Source of the DNA: Terriglobia bacterium
GTDB lineage: Bacteria; Acidobacteriota; Terriglobia; 20CM-2-55-15
Length of the DNA stretch: 64,000 nt
Direction: 5' to 3'
NCBI GenBank assembly: GCA_965198225.1
Contig: CBDAOY010000008.1
Coordinates: 32,001-96,000 of the forward strand
The position numbers were made by a program, and so were the translations under genes. Positions 1-7,878 of the stretch are shown in pieces. How positions within the stretch are numbered: position 1 is the stretch's first letter; the number at the start of each line of letters is the position of its first letter. The notes under the pieces are model-generated. The model saw only the letters and a program-made list of their open reading frames with translations. It was not told where the DNA came from and did no database searches.

Positions 1-231
1 GGTCATGAACTTCTGATCGGCGAATAGATGACCCAGTATCCAGACCCAGCGATGGATCCCGCTCAAATCGCCATAGGCGGTCGGATTGAAATAAGCGGCA
101 TAGATCATCGAGAAGGACTGAATGTTCATGATCAGGATCCCGAGCAGGGCAAAGCCCCTCATGGCATCCAGGGAAGGGATCCTTTTCGATTCCGGTACGG
201 GCCCTCGAGGCCCTTGTCTTCGTGACATCAT
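1..231 (-). CDS. DUF418/YeiB-family membrane protein, N-terminal part (continues off the window start)
   Basis: Manual minus-strand translation from ATG 231/228: MSRRQGPRGPVPESKRIPSLDAMRGFALLGILIMNIQSFSMIYAAYFNPTAYGDLSG...FADQKFMT, typical DUF418 N-terminus; absent from the ORF track because it is open-ended. Confidence 0.8.
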   Translation of the reverse strand, partial: MMSRRQGPRGPVPESKRIPSLDAMRGFALLGILIMNIQSFSMIYAAYFNPTAYGDLSGIHRWVWILGHLFADQKFMT

Positions 232-288
232 CGACAGCCCTCGATTCGGGCGCAACGGTGAGATTGCTGGAGAGCACTGATTCTGACT

Positions 289-840
289 TTACTCACTCAC
301 CCTCTTGATTAATCTGCTGGATGGTTCCTGTGCCGGGTTGGCGACTTTGCGAGAGGCCTCGATCCCGGTCGCAGGGAGTTGCTCCGTGTCGATCAAGCCG
401 ACCTGCGCGAGTACGGAGGCCTGGTCCCAGTAGATGCGCTCACCGGCGATCTTTCCGTCTTTGAACTGCACAACCACGACGACGGCGAATTCGACCCGTT
501 TGCCCGTAGGCGGTACGCCGGGGAGTATCCACGGCATCTCGATCGTGTGGGTAAATTTGTGAATCAATTCATCCACTACGCGGTCATCTCCAACCGTGCG
601 GGCGACCGGTACGGCTTCGGTGTCTGGTGGATGACCGGGGAGGAAATAAGTGTTGTAGAAGTGACGGACTTCGTTGAAGCCGACGCCGCCTGTCATCACA
701 GGGACGTGATTGACGAACGGATCCGACGTCATTGTGGCCATCGTCGCATCGATACTCTTCTCCTCGAACTCGGCCCTCATGTGCCGCTCCCACATCTCGA
801 CCATCGTCTGCTGTTCCGGAGTAAGGTTACGATCATTCAT
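289..840 (-). CDS. SnoaL/NTF2-like ester cyclase family protein
   Basis: WERHMRAEF..DATMATM..PFVNHVPVMTGGVG..ERIYWDQASVL motifs; start moved to ATG 840 behind GAGGG. Confidence 0.8.
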   Translation of the reverse strand: MNDRNLTPEQQTMVEMWERHMRAEFEEKSIDATMATMTSDPFVNHVPVMTGGVGFNEVRHFYNTYFLPGHPPDTEAVPVARTVGDDRVVDELIHKFTHTIEMPWILPGVPPTGKRVEFAVVVVVQFKDGKIAGERIYWDQASVLAQVGLIDTEQLPATGIEASRKVANPAQEPSSRLIKRVSE

Positions 841-960
841 GGTTTCTCGACCCTCCTTCTCTATATGCCGGCGTCCGACTGCGGCCCATGCAAGCCAGCC
901 TCTCGGATCTGTATGATTTCGCCTCCTAGTCCGGGGCATGTTGGACAACCGATCACGTTC

Positions 961-1021
961 GTCAGACGGGTTGGCGTCAAGCCCACCCGGGGGCGGCGGA
1001 CCTCCAAACGGCTTGTTACTG
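961..1021 (-). other. degenerate attC-like site
   Basis: Minus strand just after the stop: CAGTAAC-AAGCC-GTTTGGAG...GCTTGAC-GCCAACCC-GTCTGAC; box spacing is attC-like but R' is mutated. Confidence 0.35.
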
Positions 1022-1609
1022 TCAGTTGGTGGCTTCCAGAGCGTCGAGCACGCGCCGCCCTCGCGGTGAGAGACGGTACCCCGTCTCCAGGCTTTCGGTC
1101 AGACCAAGGTTTTTCAGCTTCCGGACGTTAAGCTTGAGCCTCTCCTTTTCCTGCCCAACACGCGTCGCGAGATCGCCTGCCCGGACTCCGGGTTCGGCAC
1201 CGACCAGTCGAAGTGTGGTGAGGGTCCAGGGACCGTGCCGGCTTGCGCGGTCGAGTCGCTCGAGCCGCCCCTTGATTTCGGCCAAATCGACGGTCGTCAG
1301 CCTATTCTGATTACGCAGGGCTATTCGGGGATCGTCCCCCACATAGCTCACCTCGATTCTGTAAATACTCCCCGCGACCCTGCGGTTCAATTCCGCGCGC
1401 AATTCGCTGGTTGACTCGTAGCCGGCGGCGCGAGCCTCCCGGGTTGTGATCGACGATTGCGGCACCTGTCGAACAGCACCGATTCGGACAACACCAATGG
1501 CGGTCTTCAGCGTGCCCCCGGACCGTACGGATGGCCTTCGCCACCGACGGAAGGCGAGCGTCACTTCGCCCTGCCGGATCCCCCGCAGAAAATGGTTGCG
1601 GAAGAGCAC
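1022..1609 (-). CDS. ASCH/PUA-like domain protein with C-terminal winged HTH
   Basis: GEVTLAFRRWRRPSVRSGGTL motif; C-terminal KLNVRKLKNLGLTESLETGYRLSPRG. Confidence 0.7.
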   Translation of the reverse strand: MLFRNHFLRGIRQGEVTLAFRRWRRPSVRSGGTLKTAIGVVRIGAVRQVPQSSITTREARAAGYESTSELRAELNRRVAGSIYRIEVSYVGDDPRIALRNQNRLTTVDLAEIKGRLERLDRASRHGPWTLTTLRLVGAEPGVRAGDLATRVGQEKERLKLNVRKLKNLGLTESLETGYRLSPRGRRVLDALEATN

Positions 1610-1671
1610 ACTGTCGTTCCTCGGTCAGGTCCGTCCCACGGAATTCGGCAGTTGGCTGCGAGCCGGACGTA

Positions 1672-2049
1672 TCACCCAGGTAGCAGCTCAAGCGTCGGGA
1701 TCATGCGGCGCTCCGCCGTGAACCCACGCACCCACTTTTGTGATGCCTTCGTGTTGTACTTCTCGGCATAGGCCCGGCTGCCGGCTTCCCGCAATCGCTC
1801 GCTTCGCGTGTGCCTCGCACGGACCGCGACCTCTCGCTCAGCGAGATGGACAGTTCCGCGTGGTTCGGCGCGAAAGGCGCGGTACCACCCGGTTGGGTTA
1901 TCACTCCATGACCGAACGAAAACCCTGCGGCCGACAACAACGACCCACACTCCGGTATAGCGATGTTCGCTGCCGGCGCGAATACCAAGAATCTTGGCTT
2001 GCTGGAGCGCCTGGAGCACGGGGCCTGAGAAACGGCGCTCGGTAGTCAT
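1672..2049 (-). CDS. DUF2255-family protein
   Basis: GIRAG..HRYTGVWVVVVGRRVFVRSW..GWYRAF..YAEKY. Confidence 0.65.
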   Translation of the reverse strand: MTTERRFSGPVLQALQQAKILGIRAGSEHRYTGVWVVVVGRRVFVRSWSDNPTGWYRAFRAEPRGTVHLAEREVAVRARHTRSERLREAGSRAYAEKYNTKASQKWVRGFTAERRMIPTLELLPG

Positions 2050-2133
2050 GTCGTTGACATCAGTCAGTTCGTCGGGGTTGGTTTGTGCCGCCTAGTGGCC
2101 CCGGGACCAGGCCGTGCGACCGGCACCGCCAAC

Positions 2134-2203
2134 CGACAACACTCGAGAAATGCTGCGGAGCCGATCGCGTTTACGGAGAGCCAGCTTCATTGTTTTGTTG
2201 GAT
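2134..2203 (-). other. degenerate attC overlapping the 3' end of the ADP-ribosylglycohydrolase gene
   Basis: Minus: ATCCAAC-AAAAC-AATGAAGC-TGG...GCAGC(tt lost)ATT-TCTCGAGT-GTTGTCG. Confidence 0.5.
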
Positions 2204-3181
2204 AGTCCCTTGAGCCCGGAGTGCTGACAACTCTTCGGCGATAGGAATCAGGTTGTGATTGTTGAGATCGTCGACAACATCGTACCACTCGTCGTTAACA
2301 CTGTCGGGATGCCTGGCACCAAGGATCCCCCCGGCAATGGACGCGATGGAATCGGCGTCGCCTCCCACGTTGGTTGCGAGGAGAATGACCGATCCCACAG
2401 ATCGCATCAGGGTTCCGAGTGCCAGCGCCAGTGGCACCTTGGTCAACGGTGTTTCGGGAAAGTATCGCTCCGCGAGTTCATCTGCCCCGACGTTGGTCCT
2501 CTGTTTCAAGTCGTTGCGAATCGAGCGAACTGCCAGAGAAAAGACAGCTCCCCGCGAACTTGGCCAGAGTGTCTCCGCTATGGCGGCCGCCCGCGCGGCG
2601 AATTCGCCGATCTCCTCGCCGGAGGCGCCGTCGATCGCCGCTGACACGGCGGCGGCCGTTGCCGCGGCACCGGCGATTGCCAGCGAGTCGCCGTGGGTGG
2701 GAATGGAGGCCTCTCGGGCGGCGGAGAAAATGCCGTTCAAGTTTCCCGAGGAATAAACTATGCCCACCGGTGCCACGCGGATTGCCGCGCCGCAGCCGTC
2801 ATGCTCGAGATCAACTCGCTCCGGGTCGTTCGCTTCGTGGAACCTCCACAGGGATTGAACTCCCGGGTGCACGCTCTTCCGGCATCCAAGCATTTCCCGT
2901 CCGACGCCCGCGTGTGAGACCGTGCGATCCTTGATAATCGCTCGTGCAACCGCGATCGTCCGCTCGGTATCGTCCGTGGTCTCCCCGATCCGCCACTCAC
3001 GCTTCCGATGGCCGACATAACGCGGGATCACCGAACCTGGAGTTCCCTCGAAGCCGCGAACTCCATCGGGATACCACTCGGTGACCTGTTGCCGGGAAAG
3101 CGTCTCCGTTTGCTTTCCGATGGCATCCCCGGTCGCGACGCCCTTGAGGCAGCCAATGATCCGTTCGTGTGATGTCATCAT
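2171..3181 (-). CDS. ADP-ribosylglycohydrolase family protein
   Basis: G.ATGDAIG, GETTDDT, GAAIRVAPVG, THG and GGDADSIASIAG motifs. Confidence 0.9.
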   Translation of the reverse strand: MMTSHERIIGCLKGVATGDAIGKQTETLSRQQVTEWYPDGVRGFEGTPGSVIPRYVGHRKREWRIGETTDDTERTIAVARAIIKDRTVSHAGVGREMLGCRKSVHPGVQSLWRFHEANDPERVDLEHDGCGAAIRVAPVGIVYSSGNLNGIFSAAREASIPTHGDSLAIAGAAATAAAVSAAIDGASGEEIGEFAARAAAIAETLWPSSRGAVFSLAVRSIRNDLKQRTNVGADELAERYFPETPLTKVPLALALGTLMRSVGSVILLATNVGGDADSIASIAGGILGARHPDSVNDEWYDVVDDLNNHNLIPIAEELSALRAQGTIQQNNEAGSP

Positions 3182-3326
3182 GATTCAGGGCGCGCTCACG
3201 CCCTGCTTCGTCGCCCGCTGACACGTTGGACGAATGCAGTAACGGATAACAAGATAGCCGCCAACAACATCACGATAAGCGTTGCAAACTTCGTTCCGGT
3301 GACCCAGGGCAGCCCTGCACTGGGCC

Positions 3327-3583
3327 TGTAACAGTGCTATCGGCACCATCGCCGATGGGTCTTGCGGGCGAGGTCGAGGAGGGAGACGGAAAGCGATGCT
3401 CTTTCATCGGTGACGGCTTCCGACAAAGAGATCGCCCGCAACCCCCATCGGCCCGAAGGGTTCGGCCCAACGGCGCCGTCTTCGGTGTCGTAACGCCCTC
3501 GCAATGAAACAGCATTGGCTCGAGCGTCACTCCTAGAATCCGACGCCGTTCCGCCGAACGCTGGTACCGATAGCACTGTTACA
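3327..3583. mobile_element. 257-bp MITE-like element with TGT...ACA ends
   Basis: 22-bp terminal inverted repeats TGTAACAGTGCTATCGGCACCA (3327-3348) / TGGTACCGATAGCACTGTTACA (3562-3583), 1 mismatch; no credible ORF. Confidence 0.7.
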
Positions 3584-3598
3584 AGAGGCCCGCTTTGC

Positions 3599-4030
3599 CT
3601 AAACGCTCGTTTGCCGGAGAGCCGGCTTTGTGTGGGACCAATGGCTGTGAATGATCCTCCACTGCCCATCGACACGACGATAGACCTCCGTGGAATTCCA
3701 GCGGGCCAACAGGGATTCTTGCTGATCAGCTAGTTTTCCATAGTTGACGACGTTCGAACTCAACACCGCCACGTCACCGTGGTGCTGAACCCTAGGAGCC
3801 ATCATCTCGTACCGTGGATCCGTGAACGGGAGTTCGAGGTCCTTTATCGGACCCAACAGTGCTCTCATGGCTTCCAATCCATCCCTGCGTTCTTCCTGGT
3901 TTGGATCGAAGTAGGTCACCTCAAGTGCGTACAGGTCCAGGTAGCAGGTAGCCCTGGGGATCACCGGTGACCCAACGGTCGAGCGCGGATCGCTCCGAGG
4001 CTATGATCTCTTCGGATACACTAGCCCATC
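3599..4030 (-). pseudogene. DUF4440/SnoaL-like (NTF2 fold) protein, frameshifted
   Basis: N-part SEEIIASERSALDRWVTGDPQGYL and C-part DLYALEVTYFDP...RWNSTEVYRR..WRIIHSHWS are in different frames, joined by the 7-bp tandem duplication CTACCTG-CTACCTG near 3938-3951. Confidence 0.75.
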
Positions 4031-4149
4031 GAGTCTCCCCCTCTCCTGAACTGCATTGGTACAAGACGCTGCGAAGCCCGGGAAGAGGACAAAGGGATCC
4101 GAAAAATCGCTTCTGGATAGTATGGGTGCGGGCCCGGTACAACGTTCAG

Positions 4150-4593
4150 TCATGAGTCTTGTCGCTCCAGAAAGGTTTTCAGGCTTTCGCGGAGAAAATA
4201 GTCCCACCCCGCCTGGCCGCTTTCGCGGCTGAAATCTGGATTGTCCTGCGGAAAGGTCTCAATTCCCTTGTGAGAAAACTTCAATTTCGTACCGCTGGGC
4301 GTTTCCGACAGTTCCCATGTGACAGACGAGTTTCCGGCGTAACCTCCGTATCGCCAGTTGTAAGCAATTCTCCTTCCCGGAACCACGTCGGTCACTTTCC
4401 ACTGGTGTGGGTAGTCCCGGTCTTCGACCCGTACATTGAACTGCGTTTCGAAACCTACTTCAGGTTCGAAGTCAGTGATCGTCTCGAAGAACCACTGACG
4501 CATTTGATCCTTGTCGGTAATGGCCTTCCAAACCACAGCGATGGGAGCGTTGAATGTGTGTTCCACGACGATCGGGTCTGCATTTATGTCCAT
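4150..4593 (-). CDS. SRPBCC/AHSA1-like domain protein (cassette gene)
   Basis: FNAPIAVVWKAITD..MRQWFF..F.PEVG..GTKLKFSHKG..GWDYFL; directly follows an attC R' box. Confidence 0.9.
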   Translation of the reverse strand: MDINADPIVVEHTFNAPIAVVWKAITDKDQMRQWFFETITDFEPEVGFETQFNVRVEDRDYPHQWKVTDVVPGRRIAYNWRYGGYAGNSSVTWELSETPSGTKLKFSHKGIETFPQDNPDFSRESGQAGWDYFLRESLKTFLERQDS

Positions 4594-4808
4594 GTGGTTC
4601 GTCCTGAAAGAATTGTCAACTGCAATCTAACGTCGTTGCCGTTAAGCTGCGGGCGCGAAACAAGGCGGCGCAAGCGAAGCTTGCGACCGCTAAGACCAGC
4701 TATCCGCCAGCTTCAACGGCTTGATACTCATGAAGGCCCCCAAAGCTGCCCGCCAGGCGGGCAGGCTGGAAAGGTAACCAAACCGATTCCAAGAAGGGGG
4801 CTTTCTGA

Positions 4809-5855
4809 ATGCGATTCTATACCAACCAACATGAGTACTACTGCGGGATCGACCTGCATGCACGGACGATGTGGATTTGCATCCTCGACTCGACCGGAGA
4901 AGTCTTGGTCGACAAGAACGTCAGTGCCGGACCCGAGGAGTTTCTGAGAGTGATCGAACCCTATCGATCCGATGTGGCCGTTGGCGTGGAATGCATTTTC
5001 ACTTGGTATTGGCTGGCGGACCTGTGCGAGCGGGAAGAGATCCGGTTCGTGCTGGGTCACGCCCTGTACATGAAAGCGATTCACGGTGGGAAAGCCAAGA
5101 ACGACCGGATCGATGCCTACAAGATCGCTGTGCTACTGCGCGGCGGCATGTTGCCCCAGGCCTACGTGTATCCGGAACCGATGCGCGCCACGCGGGATCT
5201 GCTCCGTCGCCGGCTGTATCTGGTCCGTATCCGCGGTGAGCTGCTGACTCACATCCAGAACACGAATCACCAGTACAATCTCGGCCCGATTCCATCGAAA
5301 CTCCAATACCCATCCAATCGCGACGGATTCGTCGAACGATTCACCGATCCGAGCGTCCGGAAGAGCATGGACGCGGATCTGGAACTGATCGGTCACCTGG
5401 AACGCGTGATCCATGCGATTGAGGTCTATGTCCTCAAGCAAGCCCGCCAGCACGATCCCGGAGCCGTTCATCTGTTGCGGTCCATCCCGGGTATCGGCAA
5501 GATCCTGGCGCTGACGATTCTCTATGAGATTCAGAACATCGACCGATTCGAACGCGTTCAGGATTTCGTCTCCTACTCCCGGCTAGTGAAGTGTGCCAAG
5601 GAGTCGGCCGGCAAGAGAATCAGCTCCAGTTCCGGCAAGAAGATCGGTAACGTCCATTTGAAGTGGGCGTTCTCTGAAGCTGCCGTTCTGTTCCTGCGGC
5701 AGAATCCCGATGGCCAGAAATTCTTGGCTCGGCTCAGCCGCAAGCACGGCAAACCGAAAGCATTGAGCATTCTCGCTCACAAGATCGGCCGCATCACCTA
5801 TCACCTGATGCGGAGGAGGACGAACTTCGACATGCGAAAGTTTCTTGCGGCTTGA
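4809..5855 (+). CDS. IS110-family transposase (DEDD RuvC-like plus Tnp20 domain)
   Basis: YCGIDLH, VGVEC, KNDRIDA, LRSIPGIG, KESAGK, GNVHLKWAFSEAA; intact 348 aa. Confidence 0.95.
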   Translation: MRFYTNQHEYYCGIDLHARTMWICILDSTGEVLVDKNVSAGPEEFLRVIEPYRSDVAVGVECIFTWYWLADLCEREEIRFVLGHALYMKAIHGGKAKNDRIDAYKIAVLLRGGMLPQAYVYPEPMRATRDLLRRRLYLVRIRGELLTHIQNTNHQYNLGPIPSKLQYPSNRDGFVERFTDPSVRKSMDADLELIGHLERVIHAIEVYVLKQARQHDPGAVHLLRSIPGIGKILALTILYEIQNIDRFERVQDFVSYSRLVKCAKESAGKRISSSSGKKIGNVHLKWAFSEAAVLFLRQNPDGQKFLARLSRKHGKPKALSILAHKIGRITYHLMRRRTNFDMRKFLAA

Positions 5856-6240
5856 CGGAAGGGAGCGGGAGAACCCTTTGCCTAACTGGCGTCGCTACGG
5901 TCTCATCCTCCATCGAGAATCATCATGCGTGCGGCACCGACCGCGATCACCGATTCTCATGGACCTTAGACCAGACAGCCATCTCGCTTGATTGGTTCCC
6001 GCTCCCGTTCCGACCCGACTGGTGCTCTGCCCCTCACCCGAGCCTGGAGCTAACTGGCGGCACACGCCGACACTTGAGTAGGACGGTACGAGGGTACTGA
6101 TGAATTTCTAGGTCGCGGTTCGATCCTGAACCGCAGTGCTGAGTCTTGACAGCGCTTGAACCTCAATAGGTGTTTGGTGCAGCGCATCTCGGCTGCACCG
6201 GCAATCGAATCCAAGTCGGAGCACGTCTCTCAACTTCGAA
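5856..6240 (+). ncRNA. putative bridge/seek RNA of the IS110 element
   Basis: Stem GGGAGCGGGAGAACC (5861-5875) / GGTTCCCGCTCCC (5994-6006) encloses target matches; a second loop carries donor-junction matches; boundaries approximate. Confidence 0.7.
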
Positions 6241-6316
6241 TTGGCTCACTGTCGTGAGCCATGAGGATTGGTGTCGCTCTTGACTCTACGGGGCCTTATA
6301 GGTGTTAGACAGCTCA

Positions 6317-6688
6317 TTAAGTGACGTGCGGCAGCGGTTCCAACTCTTCTAGGGCCGCCTTGGCTGATCGCATGGCATGCCAGAGATCCCAGTCTTGCTG
6401 TAATCCGAGCCAAAAGTCGGCACTCATCCCTGTGACGCGAGCCAACCGCAGCGCTGTGTCCGGGGTGACTGATCTCTTGCCTCGAATGATCTCATTCAGA
6501 CGGGGAAACGATACGCCCAGACGAATGGCAAAGGCCGACTGCGACACACCGAGCGGCTTTAGAAACTCCTCAAGGAGCATTTCGCCCGGATGCGTCGGAG
6601 GTTCATGGGTGGGCAGCGGGCGTGCCACCAGCGGCTTTTTCTTTGATCGGCGTTTAATGGTAGTCGGTGACTTCGACTTTGTCGGCAT
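6317..6688 (-). CDS. higA: HigA-family antitoxin (HTH)
   Basis: PTHPGEMLLEEFLKPLG.SQ...RLNEIIRGKRSVTPDTALRL...FWLGLQ. Confidence 0.92.
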   Translation of the reverse strand: MPTKSKSPTTIKRRSKKKPLVARPLPTHEPPTHPGEMLLEEFLKPLGVSQSAFAIRLGVSFPRLNEIIRGKRSVTPDTALRLARVTGMSADFWLGLQQDWDLWHAMRSAKAALEELEPLPHVT

Positions 6689-6947
6689 AGCCGTTCTCCC
6701 AAGAAAAACACACCCGGTACTGTTCATTGATCCGAATGCTATATTGGCCTGCTCTGTCGCCCACCAGTCGTTCCAAACGGTTGCCCGGCGGCACCGCCAA
6801 CTCGTGAAGATCTCGTACGCGGTTGAGTTGGGTCAGCTTTCGACGGGCTACGGGCCACAGCTCAATCAGACAGGTTCGCCGAGCTCGCCGGCTTTTGACA
6901 CCGTTGAAGATGTCCGTGGTGGCCTGATCGGCGAACGTCCGTATCAC
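6654..6947 (-). CDS. higB: HigB-family (RelE-like) toxin
   Basis: MIRTFAD..T.DIFNG..VPPGNRLERL.GDRAGQYSIRINEQYRVCF.W..VEVTDYH. Confidence 0.92.
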   Translation of the reverse strand: MIRTFADQATTDIFNGVKSRRARRTCLIELWPVARRKLTQLNRVRDLHELAVPPGNRLERLVGDRAGQYSIRINEQYRVCFSWENGYADKVEVTDYH

Positions 6948-6952
6948 GGACT

Positions 6953-6976
6953 CTATTATAACGGACTACGTAATAG
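6953..6976. promoter_or_regulatory. imperfect palindrome upstream of higB, candidate HigA operator overlapping a -10 box
   Basis: CTATTA...TAATAG inverted repeat; the minus strand contains TATAAT; directly upstream of the higB start. Confidence 0.5.
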
Positions 6977-6998
6977 TGTCCAGGGGCCGTCGTTGGCT

Positions 6999-7051
6999 GT
7001 CTAACGGTTTGTGGCTCTGTGGCCGCCGTCTGGTGCAGCCACTTGTTATAA
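6999..7051 (-). other. attC site, internally shortened
   Basis: Minus: TTATAAC-AAGTG-GCTGCACC...GAGC-CACAAACC-GTTAGAC; its R' extension GTTAGACAGC is the exact complement of GCTGTCTAAC at the end of the same cassette (6304-6313). Confidence 0.8.
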
Positions 7052-7063
7052 CCGCTGTTCAGG

Positions 7064-7369
7064 TTAGCTGGCCTGCACGCACTTGATACGTCCGAGTTCT
7101 GCCGCCTCCGCTGCCTGCGCGTGATAGAGATCCCAACGGAGTTGGAGGTTCATCCACAAATCGGCGGTAGTCCCAAAGAACTTCGCCAGTCGAAGGGCCG
7201 TGCTTGGGGTGATCCCACGTCGACCGTTCACCAGTTCATTAATGCGTTGATACGGAACACGGATGCCATCAGCCAACTGGCGCTGGCTGAGGCCCATCGG
7301 ATTCAGGAATTCTTCTAAGAGCATCTCGCCAGGGTGAGTAGGCTGACGATGCGTTGGGATTCGGACCAT
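7064..7369 (-). CDS. higA: second HigA-family antitoxin
   Basis: PTHPGEMLLEEFLNPMGLSQ..YQRINELVNGRRGITPSTALRLAKFFG..WMNLQ. Confidence 0.92.
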   Translation of the reverse strand: MVRIPTHRQPTHPGEMLLEEFLNPMGLSQRQLADGIRVPYQRINELVNGRRGITPSTALRLAKFFGTTADLWMNLQLRWDLYHAQAAEAAELGRIKCVQAS

Positions 7370-7399
7370 TGAAGCCTCCGATTCAGTTGCGACCCTTGC

Positions 7400-7693
7400 T
7401 CAGTGGTAGTCGACAATCTCCACATTCTCCGGACCAAGCTCCGTCCACACGAAGCAGACGCGATACTGATCGTTCACGCGCATGCTGGGCTGCCCAGCCC
7501 GATCCTTCTTCAGGGCTTCCAGTTGGTTGCCAGGCGGTGCCCGCAGGTCTCGTAGCGTGCTGGCCGAATCGAGCAGCTCCAGCTTACGCCTCGCGGCCTT
7601 CCGAACGGTTGCCGGGCAGACCTGACGGGCCCGCTTAGTTTCCGATCCATTGAAAATATCTTCCGTGCCACCGTCGCGAAACGAATGAATCAC
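7400..7693 (-). CDS. higB: second HigB-family toxin
   Basis: MIHSFRD..TEDIFNG..LRAPPGNQLEALKKDRAGQ.SMRVNDQYRVCF.W..VEIVDYH. Confidence 0.9.
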   Translation of the reverse strand: MIHSFRDGGTEDIFNGSETKRARQVCPATVRKAARRKLELLDSASTLRDLRAPPGNQLEALKKDRAGQPSMRVNDQYRVCFVWTELGPENVEIVDYH

Positions 7694-7878
7694 ATTACCA
7701 CGATAGCACGGATGCCATGCTACTCGAAGGGCGTGTTACCGTTGTTCGATGTTCGTCGGTATAACGAATAGGGTTTTATCCGCGGTGCGGGCACGCGAAG
7801 TTTCGAAAAACGGCGAACGGACACACGGATCCAACAGCGGGACGGAGAGGATCTCTGGTTTGAAACCGGCAAACGGAA

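Larger units (their letters stand above)
4724..6302 (+). mobile_element. IS110-family element with IS1111-type architecture inserted in attC
   Basis: Flanked by TG on both sides (4722-4723, 6303-6304); sub-terminal IRs AAGGCCCC (4733-4740) / GGGGCCTT (6290-6297); long 3' non-coding region; removal restores the attC. Confidence 0.9.
4625..6310 (-). other. attC site (105 bp once the IS is removed) interrupted by IS110
   Basis: Minus, IS removed: R'' GTCTAAC, spacer AAGCC, L'' GTTGAAGC, palindromic centre, L' GCTTAAC, spacer GGCAACGAC, R' GTTAGAT. Confidence 0.9.

Noticed and set aside
4030-4149. attC expected after the SRPBCC cassette
   Set aside because: No R'' complementary to GTTAGAT and no L-box pairing found; probably deleted
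5852-6100. 82-aa ORF downstream of the IS110 transposase
   Set aside because: No RBS or protein-like features; the region is better explained as structured RNA
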